NCBI GenBank assembly: GCA_017617125.1
Contig: JAFZWY010000039.1
Coordinates: forward strand, 13,145 to 77,144
Direction: 5' to 3'
DNA from: Bacteroidales bacterium
Lineage (GTDB): Bacteria; Bacteroidota; Bacteroidia; Bacteroidales; ML635J-15
DNA length: 64,000 nt
In this document: one piece after another, positions 45,644 to 55,865 of the stretch
How the letters are laid out: every line of letters begins with the position of its first letter
How positions within the stretch are numbered: position 1 is the first letter of the stretch
The notes under the pieces: model-generated
Told to the model about the DNA's origin: nothing
The model's input: only the letters and a program-made list of their open reading frames with translations
Databases searched by the model: none
Position numbers and translations under genes: made by a program

Positions 45644-47425
45644 ATGAACAAGGAAACATTTGCAAAATACATCAGCGACCTATCGCTACTCGACAACGAT
45701 ACATTGCCCGAAATAAAGGCGATGCTCGACGAATTCCCATATTTCCAGTCGGCATGGGTGCTGTACATCAAGAATTTGCACTCAATAAAGGACATTAGGT
45801 ACGAAAGCAAACTGAAAACCGCCTGCGCATTCGTATCCGACAGGAAATTGCTGCACGACATCCTCAAAGGTTCGTATATTCCAACGAACAGGCAAACAGA
45901 CGAACAACACGACAGCCCTGTACCGTCACAATTCATTGCGGCTCCCGAAGAAAACAAAGAAATAGAACAAACACTTGTAGAGCCACAAAATATTGTGGCT
46001 CAAGACGAAACAGAGGAAAGAATCTCTGCACAGACGCAATCATTTGCGCCTCAAGAAGCAAACATCGCCCCCACTTCGACTACGCTCAGTGAGCGGGATA
46101 TTCCACAAGATGCCACAGCAGAATCCGAATATCAAGAAGAAACCCTTGCTCCGGCACAATCCATTGCGCCTACACCCGAAAACGAAATAATAGAAGATTC
46201 ATCCGTAGAGCCACAAAATATTGTGGCTCAGGACGAAACGCCAGAAAGCATCCCCGTACAGACGCAATTCATTGCGCCTCAGCCAGAATCTAAAGTGGAA
46301 GAAAATCCTGAATTTCAACAATCAGACATTTCTACTACGATTACAGAACAAGATTCTGAGGAATCCTCAAATCCTTATATTCTCGAATCTTCGAATCCAG
46401 AGCCAGAGCCTGAGCCTCCTGCCCCCCTCAGCATCGCCGATAGGATTTTGATGCAAATGGAGGAAATGCGCAGGGCAAAGGAATCTGCCGCATCTTCCGA
46501 AAATCAGAATTCAGAACCACCTGTAGAGACGCAAAATTTTGCGTCTCAAGATGAAACAGAAGAAGATTTCCCAACGAAGACACAAGATGAAATCCAAGAA
46601 GATAACACATCCTTACAGGTGCAACCTATTGCGGATACATCCGAGAACCAAGATACAGAAGAATCCCCTGTAGAGACGCAACATATTGCGTCTCAAGATG
46701 AGACAGAAGAAGATTTCCCAATACAGGCACAAGAAGACAGCATATCTGTACAGCCACAATCTATTGCGGACACATCCGAGAACCAAGATACAGAAGAATC
46801 CCATGTAGAGACGCAAAATATTGCGTCTCAAGATGAAATAGAAGAAGATTTCTCAACGCAGACACAAGAAGAAATCCAAGAAGATAATACATCAGTACAT
46901 GCACAAAATATTGCGTCACAGGAAATATCCACTGCCCAAATAAAGGCGCTTCTTGAAAAACAGCTGCACGACATTGGCATAAATGCCAGCATCACATTTT
47001 CAAACGGCAGTGCAAACATTCAATTCGAGAATTTTGATGTAAATGCCGAAAAAGAATCCTCATCGAAGGAAGAAAATATCGTTGAGCCAATCGTTGAAAC
47101 ATCGAAAACTGCAGAAAAAGTTCCCGAAGAAAAACCTGCAACCTCATCAAATAAACGCAAAAAGATGGAGCTTATCGACCAGTTCCTCGTGTCGGAAGCA
47201 AAGATTGTCCCGATAAAGAACTACCACAGCGACAGCACATTATCGACCGAATCGCTTATTGAGGACGAGGAGTTGTTCAGCGAAAAATTGGCAAAGATAT
47301 ACATCAAGCAGGGACATTTAGAAAAGGCGTTGACAACTTATGAAAAATTATATTTGAAATATCCCGAAAAAAGTATTTACTTTGCGACCCAAATTGAATA
47401 TGTTAAACGTTTAATAAATAAATAA
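45644..47425 (+). CDS. acidic repeat-rich protein with a conserved N-domain and a TPR-like C-terminus
   Basis: The frame is open for 593 codons. The centre is made of E/Q/D-rich repeats (VE[TP]QNI[AV][SA]QDE). The C-terminus is LAKIYIKQGHLEKALTTYEKLYLKYPEKS. Confidence 0.6.
   Translation: MNKETFAKYISDLSLLDNDTLPEIKAMLDEFPYFQSAWVLYIKNLHSIKDIRYESKLKTACAFVSDRKLLHDILKGSYIPTNRQTDEQHDSPVPSQFIAAPEENKEIEQTLVEPQNIVAQDETEERISAQTQSFAPQEANIAPTSTTLSERDIPQDATAESEYQEETLAPAQSIAPTPENEIIEDSSVEPQNIVAQDETPESIPVQTQFIAPQPESKVEENPEFQQSDISTTITEQDSEESSNPYILESSNPEPEPEPPAPLSIADRILMQMEEMRRAKESAASSENQNSEPPVETQNFASQDETEEDFPTKTQDEIQEDNTSLQVQPIADTSENQDTEESPVETQHIASQDETEEDFPIQAQEDSISVQPQSIADTSENQDTEESHVETQNIASQDEIEEDFSTQTQEEIQEDNTSVHAQNIASQEISTAQIKALLEKQLHDIGINASITFSNGSANIQFENFDVNAEKESSSKEENIVEPIVETSKTAEKVPEEKPATSSNKRKKMELIDQFLVSEAKIVPIKNYHSDSTLSTESLIEDEELFSEKLAKIYIKQGHLEKALTTYEKLYLKYPEKSIYFATQIEYVKRLINK
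45980..46829 (+). repeat. family of hairpin-forming palindromic units embedded in-frame in the CDS
   Basis: 22-nt units: GAGCCACAAAATATTGTGGCTC at 45980 and 46208, GAGACGCAAAATTTTGCGTCTC at 46526 (perfect palindrome), and variants at 46674 and 46808. Several shorter GCAA-n4-6-TTGC hairpins lie between them. Confidence 0.85.
46072..46095 (+). repeat. REP-like element, copy 3 (CACTTCGACTACGCTCAGTGAGCG), inside a CDS
   Basis: Matches the copy 1 core at 21 of 24 positions. Translated in-frame as TSTTLSER. Confidence 0.7.
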
Positions 47426-47432
47426 AAAAGTT

Positions 47433-47759
47433 ATGTACAGTTTTTTCTCTGTAATGATTCTAATATGCGCAGTATTGCTGATATTAGTAGTGTTAATACA
47501 GAACAGCAAAGGCGGCGGTCTGGCATCCAATTTCAGCCAGGGCAATCAGGTAATGGGCGTTAAGAAGACCACCGATTTTCTGGAAAAAGCAACTTGGACT
47601 TTGGCTATATGCCTTGCAGTATTCTGCCTTGCAGCAAGCTTCACTATTCCTCACGAGAAGAAAGATGCTCCTAAGACAGAACAGACTCAGGAAGCAGCAG
47701 CAGAAGATGCAGCTGCCGAAGACGCAGCTAATGCAGGAGCAGAAGCCACTGCCGAATAA
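47433..47759 (+). CDS. secG: preprotein translocase subunit SecG
   Basis: Two TM helices with LIQNSKGGGL in the loop and an Ala/Glu-rich tail. Confidence 0.85.
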   Translation: MYSFFSVMILICAVLLILVVLIQNSKGGGLASNFSQGNQVMGVKKTTDFLEKATWTLAICLAVFCLAASFTIPHEKKDAPKTEQTQEAAAEDAAAEDAANAGAEATAE

Positions 47760-47851
47760 TTGCGAACAAAGAGACACATTTCTTAAAAATGCCTGCTTCC
47801 GACCAATTTGTTGGGGGTAGGCTCTTTTTGTTAATGTAATTTATATTTGTT

Positions 47852-48358
47852 ATGAAACCGATAGTTAGCATAATCATGGGGTCGGCATCCGATTGGAAAG
47901 TAATGGAAAAAGCAGCCAATCAGCTCAACGAATTCAAGATTCCGTTCGAAATTAATGCCTTGTCAGCTCACCGCACCCCCGACGAAGTGGAAAAATTCGC
48001 CCGCGAAGCCGCTCCACGCGGAATCAAAGTTATTATTGCAGGTGCTGGAATGGCAGCACACCTTTGCGGTGTAATCGCTGCTGTAACACCAATACCTGTC
48101 ATCGGTGTGCCAATCAACGCCACTTTCGACGGAATGGACGCTCTGCTGGCAATAGTTCAGATGCCTCCAGGAATCCCTGTTGCAACAGTAGCAGTAAACG
48201 GAGCTCAAAATGCAGCAATCCTCGCTGCTCAGATGCTCGCAACCGGAGATGCCGAAATAGCACAAAAACTTGTTGATTTCAAGGAAAACCTGAAACAAAA
48301 AATCGTTAAGGCAAACAAAGAACTGGAAGAATACAAGTTCGAATATCGCGTAATCTAA
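47852..48358 (+). CDS. purE: 5-(carboxyamino)imidazole ribonucleotide mutase
   Basis: VSIIMGSASDW, SAHRTP and IAGAGMAAHLCGV motifs. Confidence 0.95.
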   Translation: MKPIVSIIMGSASDWKVMEKAANQLNEFKIPFEINALSAHRTPDEVEKFAREAAPRGIKVIIAGAGMAAHLCGVIAAVTPIPVIGVPINATFDGMDALLAIVQMPPGIPVATVAVNGAQNAAILAAQMLATGDAEIAQKLVDFKENLKQKIVKANKELEEYKFEYRVI

Positions 48359-48362
48359 CACA

Positions 48363-49187
48363 ATGAATCTCAAGGCCGCCATATTGACATTGCTTGCAAT
48401 CGCAATCTCCATTTTCGCCTCGGCGCAAATAGAGACCAACAACGCAGGCGCACGCAGTGCCGGCATGGCAAACACGTCGCTTACAATACGCGACACTTGG
48501 GCCGTCTTCAACAATCCTGCGGCAACCTGCCGGCTACCCAAGATTAGCGTAGGCTTGTACTACGAAAACCGCTTCCTGCTGAAACAGACAGGCTACGGAG
48601 CACTTGCTTTCCAGATGCCCGTACACAAGTCGGGAAACATTTCGCTAGGCGTTAGCCACTACGGATACAAGTACTACCAATATAGCCGAGCCACAGTCGG
48701 CTACTCGCAGCAATTGTTTACCAACCTGTATATGGGTTTGAACATCAACTACCTACACCTGTCGCAAGCCGAATATTACGGCAACGCAAATGGCATGACC
48801 TTCGAACTGGGACTATATTCGCAACCAGTGAAAAACTTCGCCATTGGCGTATATGTTTTCAACCCTGTAAATGTTTCGTTCTTCGAAAACAGAGACCTGA
48901 AAATGCCAGTAACCATGAAGTTAGGTCTCTCATACCTCTTCAGCGACGCATTGCTTCTTGCCGTTGAAACAGGAAAGTCGATAAACGGCTACACCCCGAT
49001 TTTCAAGGGCGGAATCGAATACACACTCCGCAAGCATTTCTCGTTCCGCGCCGGCATTTCGATGCTACCGATTGAATATTCATTCGGTCTTGGCTACAAA
49101 ATTGCAGGCGCAACAATCGACCTCGCATTCGCATACCATCAGATACTTGGACTAAGTCCAAAAATATCGGTACAATATGAGTTCTAA
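48363..49187 (+). CDS. outer-membrane beta-barrel protein, PorQ/PorV-like (tentative)
   Basis: Signal peptide. GARSAGMANTS...FNNPAA N-terminal motif and alternating beta-strand pattern ending in an aromatic residue. Confidence 0.5.
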   Translation: MNLKAAILTLLAIAISIFASAQIETNNAGARSAGMANTSLTIRDTWAVFNNPAATCRLPKISVGLYYENRFLLKQTGYGALAFQMPVHKSGNISLGVSHYGYKYYQYSRATVGYSQQLFTNLYMGLNINYLHLSQAEYYGNANGMTFELGLYSQPVKNFAIGVYVFNPVNVSFFENRDLKMPVTMKLGLSYLFSDALLLAVETGKSINGYTPIFKGGIEYTLRKHFSFRAGISMLPIEYSFGLGYKIAGATIDLAFAYHQILGLSPKISVQYEF

Positions 49188-51258
49188 GTCCCTGCTGAAA
49201 TATTTTGCGGCTGTCGCATTCATTTTCTGCACGGCAAATCTATCGGCTCAGGTAGAAAACTCAATCGCTCTACAGGACATAGTCGAGGAAATTGCCGAAA
49301 ACACCGACGAAGAACTCGACTACACAACGCTTTTCAACAATCTTGAAATTCTCGCCGAAAACCCTCTGGACCTCAACACCGCAACTGCCGAAGATTTTCG
49401 AGAAATACTATTTCTCAACGAATACCAAATCTATTCAATTATAAGGTATCGAACAAAATATCACGGTTTTAAGACAATATACGAATTGGCATTCGTTGAG
49501 GGTCTTGACGAACTCACAATGAAGTACCTCTACCCTTTTGTAACCATTAGCGACGAAAAGCCTAAAGACAAAACTAATTGGAAAAATGTCTTTTCGTACG
49601 GGCATCATACTGTACTTGGTCGTTACCAACGTGTTCTAGAACCAAAGGCTGGATACAACATTTCAGACAGTATACTCCAAATCAAACCCGACAAATCAAG
49701 GTATTTAGGCAATCCCGACAAATACTACCTTAAATATAACTACTCCTACAAGAAAAAAATCTCCTATGGCTTCACTGCCGAAAAAGACGATGGAGAACAG
49801 TTTTTCCGCGGAGCACAAAAATATGGTTTCGACTTCTACTCGGCACACTTCATGCTTGGCGACATGGGTGTATTAAAGAAAGTCATAGTTGGCGACTATG
49901 TCGCACAATTCGGTCAGGGCCTTACAATGTGGACGGGTATGAGTTTTGGCAAAGGCTCCGGCATTGAAGGCGTCATAAAGAAGCCTCGTCTTGTAGACAA
50001 GTACTCGTCGGCAAACGAATCGGCATTTATGCGCGGTGAAGCCGCCACTATAAAACTCAAAGGCTTCACAATCACCGAATTTGTTTCGTACAAATCGCTA
50101 GATGCAGGAATTGCACAAGCAGACACCCTTACCGAGGAAGAGGACCTTGTGACAAGTTTCCTCGAAACAGGCTACCACCGCACTCAAAGCGAAGTTGCCA
50201 AAAGACACACCATAAAGGAATTTGTAACAGGAGGAAATGTAACCTGGCAGGGGCAGAAAATGAAAATCGGTGCTACTGGCGTATATTACTCATACACCAA
50301 CCCCATTAACACCAACGACAAAGCCTACGAATATTTCAATTTCAGCGGCAAATCGAACTTCAATCTTGGAGTCGACTACCTATTTAACCTCCACAAAATA
50401 AACATTTTCGGAGAAACTTCAATGAGTCCGAACGGCGGTATTGCCACCGTTGACGGAGTAACAGTAGATTTCGTTCCAGAATTCAAGATGTCGGCACTAT
50501 ACCGTTACTACAGCCCCAAATATCAGAACATGTATGCTCAGGGCTTCTCGGAAGGCAACAAGACCTACAACGAATCGGGCATATACATTGGTGCTGAGAT
50601 TCTGCCAGTAAAGCACCTGCGCTTTAACATCTATTTCGACAGCTGGAAATTCCCCTGGCTGAAATACGGTGTAAATGCACCTTCGACAGGACACGAATGG
50701 ACTGCAGAAGCCACTTACACACCCAAGCGCAACATCGAAATGATACTTCGTGCCAAGTACGAGACCAAGCAGAAAAACTCGACAGAAGACACTAACATAA
50801 AGGAACTTATCAACTACAGCACATCAAAATTCAGGTATCAGCTCAACATTACACCGAATGACGAATGGAAACTGAAGAGCCGCATAGAAGTGTCGCACTA
50901 CCATCGTCCCGACAGCGCAAGCTGGGGATTCCTAGTATGCGAGGATTTGCAGTACAAACCAGCAAAACTTCCGCTCACATTTACCGCACGAATCGCATTG
51001 TTCGACACCCAGGACTACAATTCAAGGATTTACGCCTACGAGCAGGATGTTTTGTACGCGTTCACAGTTCCAATGTTCTATGGTCGAGGCACACGCCTGG
51101 CACTCGTCATTAAATACGATGTAACAGACAACATCGACCTATGGTTCAGAATTGCCAACTCATATTATGCCGACAAGACTGTACTTGGCTCTGGACTCGA
51201 TGAAATCCAAGGTCCAAACAGAACCGAAGTAAAACTGCAATTCAGACTTAAATTCTAA
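49177..51258 (+). CDS. helix-hairpin-helix (ComEA-like) domain protein with a large C-terminal beta-barrel
   Basis: Signal peptide. HhH segment DLNTATAEDFREILFLNEYQIYSII. Long beta-rich C-terminus ending in ...LQFRLKF. Confidence 0.6.
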   Translation: MSSKSLLKYFAAVAFIFCTANLSAQVENSIALQDIVEEIAENTDEELDYTTLFNNLEILAENPLDLNTATAEDFREILFLNEYQIYSIIRYRTKYHGFKTIYELAFVEGLDELTMKYLYPFVTISDEKPKDKTNWKNVFSYGHHTVLGRYQRVLEPKAGYNISDSILQIKPDKSRYLGNPDKYYLKYNYSYKKKISYGFTAEKDDGEQFFRGAQKYGFDFYSAHFMLGDMGVLKKVIVGDYVAQFGQGLTMWTGMSFGKGSGIEGVIKKPRLVDKYSSANESAFMRGEAATIKLKGFTITEFVSYKSLDAGIAQADTLTEEEDLVTSFLETGYHRTQSEVAKRHTIKEFVTGGNVTWQGQKMKIGATGVYYSYTNPINTNDKAYEYFNFSGKSNFNLGVDYLFNLHKINIFGETSMSPNGGIATVDGVTVDFVPEFKMSALYRYYSPKYQNMYAQGFSEGNKTYNESGIYIGAEILPVKHLRFNIYFDSWKFPWLKYGVNAPSTGHEWTAEATYTPKRNIEMILRAKYETKQKNSTEDTNIKELINYSTSKFRYQLNITPNDEWKLKSRIEVSHYHRPDSASWGFLVCEDLQYKPAKLPLTFTARIALFDTQDYNSRIYAYEQDVLYAFTVPMFYGRGTRLALVIKYDVTDNIDLWFRIANSYYADKTVLGSGLDEIQGPNRTEVKLQFRLKF

Positions 51259-51261
51259 GGT

Positions 51262-51735
51262 ATGCAGATAACGACCAAGGAGGAACATATTGATTTCCTG
51301 AACGGAATACTAAGCCAAGCGAAAATCCTTGTCGCAGAAGGACACACCGCAGTCGCAACACTTGTGATGTCGCAACTAATTGAAATCATGGGCAGCTATT
51401 TCGATGCTAAGCCTATGCGATCTCGCGAACAGTCGGCAAACCGCTTCAACACAGCCATTTACAAGCTATTTCCAATAAAATACTCGAAAGCAAACAAAAA
51501 AAGTTTCTTGTACTACCAGTTGCGCACATCGATTGTCCACACACTTACGCCTACTTGTAGTGTAGCACTCAAAAACGGCACTTCCGACCAGCATCTTGTC
51601 GAAAAAGATGATATTACAGAAATTTATGTCGGCAATCTTCTCAGCGATACAGAAAAAGCAGTTGGAATTCTCATCCGCCTCATCAACGAGGACAAGGTGA
51701 AACTGAAAAAATTGGCGGCAGGAGAAATAGACTAG
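51262..51735 (+). CDS. hypothetical all-alpha protein with an Rx4H motif (HEPN-like, tentative)
   Basis: 157 aa, helix-rich composition, single QLRTSIVH motif. Starts 3 nt after the upstream stop. Confidence 0.45.
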   Translation: MQITTKEEHIDFLNGILSQAKILVAEGHTAVATLVMSQLIEIMGSYFDAKPMRSREQSANRFNTAIYKLFPIKYSKANKKSFLYYQLRTSIVHTLTPTCSVALKNGTSDQHLVEKDDITEIYVGNLLSDTEKAVGILIRLINEDKVKLKKLAAGEID

Positions 51736-52901
51736 CCTTTGAACGCTTTTGCAATCCTATCCAAAGCTTCCTTCAAAATCGACCTTGGGCAACCAATGTT
51801 CATACGGAAAAATCCAGCATAGTCGTCTCCACCAAAAGTAAGACCACTATTAAGAGCAACTTTAGCCTTGTTTATCAATCGGTTCTGCAATTCTTCGTGC
51901 GACAAACCAAAAGCATTGAAATCGAGCCACAGCAAATACGAAGCCTCTGGCAATACAGCTTTCACTTCGGGCATATTTTTCTTAAAGAAATCATCCGCAA
52001 TGGCAATATTTTCAACAAGATACTCCTTTAGTTGGACAAGCCAATCCTCGCCATAACGGAAAGCAGCTTCAGCACCTATGTAGGCAAAAATGTTGCCGTT
52101 CGCAAATTCTGATGCCTCAAGGTACTCGAAATAGGTGTCGCGAATCGACTTTTCGGGAATATATGCAATCGAACTTGACAAACCTGCAATATTGAAGGTC
52201 TTGCTCGGTGCAATGAAAGTTATACAGTTCGACTTAGCATCATCCGAAACTGTTGAAAACGAGGTATGTTTGTAGCATGGCAAGGTCAGGTCAGCATGTA
52301 TCTCGTCTGAAATGACAAGTACGCCGTTACGCTTGCATATTTCGGCAATACGCACTAAATCGTCACGCGACCAAACTGTTCCGCCCGGGTTGTGAGGATT
52401 CGACAAAAGCATCATCTTACATCCGGCAACCTTACGTTCCAAATCGTCGAAATCGATTTCGAACCGGCCGTTCTTCAAAATCAACTTGTTGGTAACCAAC
52501 TCGCGGCCATTATTTACTGGCAGGTTCACAAACGGAGGATACACAGGAGTATTTATAAGAATCTTATCTCCTGGCTTGGTAAACGCCTGAATACAAAAAG
52601 CAATTCCGACTACAATTCCTGGAATGTAATGCAATTCGCGTTTTTCGGCCTTTATGGAATAATATTTTGCAAACCAATCGATTACAGCGCCAAAATAGGA
52701 ACTATCGCCAAACGTATATCCAAGGAAACCCTGGTCGCAACGCTTCCTGATTGCATCGAGCACACAATCTGGAGCCTTGAAGTCCATGTCGGCAACCCAC
52801 ATCGGCAACAAATCATCAGTTCCGAAAAACGGTTTCATTAAATCGTGCTTTACACTTGCACTCCCCTTACGTGGGAAAACTTCGTCAAAATTGTATTTCA
52901 T
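51732..52901 (-). CDS. MalY/PatB-type PLP-dependent C-S lyase (cystathionine beta-lyase family)
   Basis: N-terminus MKYNFDEVFPRKGSASVKHD. SNPHNPGG. PLP-Lys region APSKTFNIAGL. Confidence 0.85.
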   Translation of the reverse strand: MKYNFDEVFPRKGSASVKHDLMKPFFGTDDLLPMWVADMDFKAPDCVLDAIRKRCDQGFLGYTFGDSSYFGAVIDWFAKYYSIKAEKRELHYIPGIVVGIAFCIQAFTKPGDKILINTPVYPPFVNLPVNNGRELVTNKLILKNGRFEIDFDDLERKVAGCKMMLLSNPHNPGGTVWSRDDLVRIAEICKRNGVLVISDEIHADLTLPCYKHTSFSTVSDDAKSNCITFIAPSKTFNIAGLSSSIAYIPEKSIRDTYFEYLEASEFANGNIFAYIGAEAAFRYGEDWLVQLKEYLVENIAIADDFFKKNMPEVKAVLPEASYLLWLDFNAFGLSHEELQNRLINKAKVALNSGLTFGGDDYAGFFRMNIGCPRSILKEALDRIAKAFKG

Positions 52902-53731
52902 TGCTTTGCTGTTTTTTTCGTTCTAAATGCATATATCACCAACACTATTCCGCACACAATGGCAGGAATGCTCAATATTTGTCCCATATTCAACGACATG
53001 CCTTCCTCGAAAGCCTCTTGTGTTTGTTTCAAAAACTCGATAAAGAAACGAGCCGTGAACACCATAATTAGAAACATTCCAAGCATAAAGCCATGTTTCT
53101 CGGCAAAACTCTTCCTCCTATAAAGCAAGATTAGCACAACCGACACAACAATATAGCACAACGTCTCGTAAATCTGCGTTGGATGACAAGGAAGAGTGTC
53201 GCCATTACGGACAAACAGAAAACCCCACGGCAAGTCGGTAGGATATCCGTAAATTTCGGAATTCATCAAATTTCCAAAACGTATTAGCGCACCTACAAAG
53301 CCCGTAGGTATCGCGATCTTGTCTATTATCGCGAGAAAACCATCCTGTTTCGACCTGAACTTGTAAATGAATACCGCCACAATCACGCCAATAGCTCCCC
53401 CATGACTTGCCAAGCCCTGATAACCAGTAAACTTGAACGGACTAAACGAAAATGGAAGTATCATTTCTGGCCAATGCTTCGATGTAAGAAAATACGAAGG
53501 CTCGTAGAAAATACAATGCCCGAGTCGCGCTCCGATAATACCGCCAAGCACTACAAAAACTGTCAACCTATCCAGCTCCTTCTGCGGAATATTTTCCTTT
53601 CGATAGTAATGCTTGATTATGAAATACGCCAAAATGAACCCGATTGCAAAGAATGCGCTATAGTAGCGTAGCGAAAATCCACCGATTGTGAATATTTCGG
53701 GACTGACGTTCCATGTAACATAATTGAGCAT
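52898..53731 (-). CDS. lgt: prolipoprotein diacylglyceryl transferase
   Basis: LRYYSAFFAIGF, GGIIGARLGH and HPTQIYE motifs. The ATG at 53731 sits below a TATTTTTG box. Confidence 0.9.
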   Translation of the reverse strand: MLNYVTWNVSPEIFTIGGFSLRYYSAFFAIGFILAYFIIKHYYRKENIPQKELDRLTVFVVLGGIIGARLGHCIFYEPSYFLTSKHWPEMILPFSFSPFKFTGYQGLASHGGAIGVIVAVFIYKFRSKQDGFLAIIDKIAIPTGFVGALIRFGNLMNSEIYGYPTDLPWGFLFVRNGDTLPCHPTQIYETLCYIVVSVVLILLYRRKSFAEKHGFMLGMFLIMVFTARFFIEFLKQTQEAFEEGMSLNMGQILSIPAIVCGIVLVIYAFRTKKTAKQ

Positions 53732-53800
53732 CTGCAAAATTTTGTGCAAAAATAATCATGTTTTTGCGTTGACGCAAGCACAAAAGAACCTCAGCAATAA

Positions 53801-55618
53801 TTAACGCAGATTTGAATAATACTCGGCAACCTTCTGGCAATAGGCCTTTGTCCGCCACTTGAAATCATCGGAAACAGTATCGGGATAAAACTTATCGACA
53901 TCGCCAGCATACCATACTGAATTTCTGACATCGGCATAAGAGAAGCCTCTGCCGCAAGCGGCAAAAGCCGATGGGCAGTACCTTCCAAATATATTTTCGC
54001 TAAACTCAAACTCCTCATGTCCTATTCCGAGTGCCGACAACAAGGTTGCCGAAATATCGGCCTGGTCACAAGGCATGTCGCAGACAAACGACTCGTTTAT
54101 CGTTCCTCCAAGCCACTGCATTACAATGTGACTTTTATTGAGGCTCTGCCAGTTTTGTGACCTAAACAACTTTCCGTGGTCAGAAACAAGGATAACCAAG
54201 GAATTGTCCCATATCGGGGATTTTTTCGTTCGTTGCAGAAAATCGTTCAGGCATGAATCGGTATAATAATATGCGTTCATATTTAGAGCCAATTCATCGG
54301 CTGTTCCGTATGGAGCCACAGGTACGTCATAAGGCTCATGACTGTTGAGCGTAAAAAGAATCGAAACCGAACCAGCATCAACATCCTGAAGATATGTATA
54401 GAATTCGTCGAACATGCATTCGTCGTCGTAGCCCCACCTTGTAGTCCGGCAATCGATATCTAAGTTGTTCTGCGAGAACACATCCGCACCATTCTGACGC
54501 AAATATGAGTTCATATTTGCAAAGTTCTCATCGCCACCATAATGAAACGAAACATTATCATAGCCATTCTCCGCAAGTTTGCGCAAAAGCGAAGGCAACT
54601 GCTGAGACTTTTCGGGAGTTTTCACAATCGAATACTCTGGCAACGACGGCACACCGCTGAATATTGACGCTATACCACGCACACTTCTGTCGCCCGACGC
54701 ATAGCAGTTACTGAAAAATATTCCCTCGTCGCGCCACTCAAGCAGCCTTGGCGTGACACTCTCCGACGGATTGTCGTAACACATTGCAGTCCATGTGAAA
54801 CTTTCGAGAAGGACAAAGACTATATGCTCCGGCTTTTTGCGCAATATTGTCCTTCCATAATATTCGTTGGCAGTGGTATCCGAAGGAATTTCTTGCACCT
54901 TGTCGTAATACATAAACTTGCTGAAGTCCGATTCTTTCGCGAAAAAATAACTTCCGAAATTCCAGCATACGTTTATTGCCGAGTGGTTAGCAAACGAATT
55001 GTCGCAGAAATACGCCGAGCCAGCATTTATAGGCACAATACCGATACCACCACGTGCGGGAATTACAAGGATTGCCGCCAACGGAACGAAAAGCAACGAA
55101 TAAAACTTCTCTCGTTCTAACGAATCAAAGAGTTTCCGTGTAAACAATTTGTACAGGAAGAACAATGCGACCGAAACAACCACTACGATAAACACCAGAA
55201 GTACAATTCTTGACACTGGTGTCGACGCAAAGACTAGTTTCGGGTTGCTTAGATACTGCAAAACCGAAGCATCGATACGGAACTGCCACGAACGGTAGAC
55301 CTCAGCATCACCGATAACAATAAGCGACCCGACAATCAGCAGTATCAACGTAAGCACATCCATGAATATCTTAAACGCCCGCTGCGAGTTTACAAACGAA
55401 AAAGCTATGAAGAACGGGATCACGAAAATTCCAATGTAGGCCATCATTGCCATGTCCAGATAAAGCCCATGCCACAAGGCTCCGAAAAATTCAGAAACTG
55501 AACACGAAAAGCCATTTGCGAAATTAAAGAGCATGAAGAAAATGCGCATCGATTCGAATGCGACAAGCCAGAAAAGCAGATATACTATAAATAATATGCC
55601 TCGTCTGATTTTTTTCAT
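53801..55618 (-). CDS. LTA-synthase-family sulfatase-domain membrane protein
   Basis: Five N-terminal TM helices and an extracellular sulfatase fold (LESFT, SDHG). The MKKIRRG start at 55618 is supported by a TATCTTTG box at 55663-55670; the track start at 55825 is unsupported. Confidence 0.75.
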   Translation of the reverse strand: MKKIRRGILFIVYLLFWLVAFESMRIFFMLFNFANGFSCSVSEFFGALWHGLYLDMAMMAYIGIFVIPFFIAFSFVNSQRAFKIFMDVLTLILLIVGSLIVIGDAEVYRSWQFRIDASVLQYLSNPKLVFASTPVSRIVLLVFIVVVVSVALFFLYKLFTRKLFDSLEREKFYSLLFVPLAAILVIPARGGIGIVPINAGSAYFCDNSFANHSAINVCWNFGSYFFAKESDFSKFMYYDKVQEIPSDTTANEYYGRTILRKKPEHIVFVLLESFTWTAMCYDNPSESVTPRLLEWRDEGIFFSNCYASGDRSVRGIASIFSGVPSLPEYSIVKTPEKSQQLPSLLRKLAENGYDNVSFHYGGDENFANMNSYLRQNGADVFSQNNLDIDCRTTRWGYDDECMFDEFYTYLQDVDAGSVSILFTLNSHEPYDVPVAPYGTADELALNMNAYYYTDSCLNDFLQRTKKSPIWDNSLVILVSDHGKLFRSQNWQSLNKSHIVMQWLGGTINESFVCDMPCDQADISATLLSALGIGHEEFEFSENIFGRYCPSAFAACGRGFSYADVRNSVWYAGDVDKFYPDTVSDDFKWRTKAYCQKVAEYYSNLR

Positions 55619-55865
55619 GGTCGCAAAACTATTTGTTTTTTTATAATAAAACAAACTCCAAGCCAAAGATATATCACTAATAATCAGCAAAATAAAAAGA
55701 CATTTCACATATACACGCATAAAACACTCATGTTCAAGGCAATAAAAAGTTGGTTTAAGCGTTGATTTAACAGAATTATGTTGATAAAAATCAGTTTTCA
55801 AAGGCAAACGTAAATTATTAGGCAATACTTTTGCATTCGATAAAATAAATTAAAGTCAAAAGAAT

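Noticed and set aside
45970-46930. CRISPR-like array (regularly recurring palindromic repeats)
   Set aside because: Spacing is irregular (about 130-320 nt). The 'spacers' are themselves related repeats, everything is in one long open frame, and no cas genes or leader are present.
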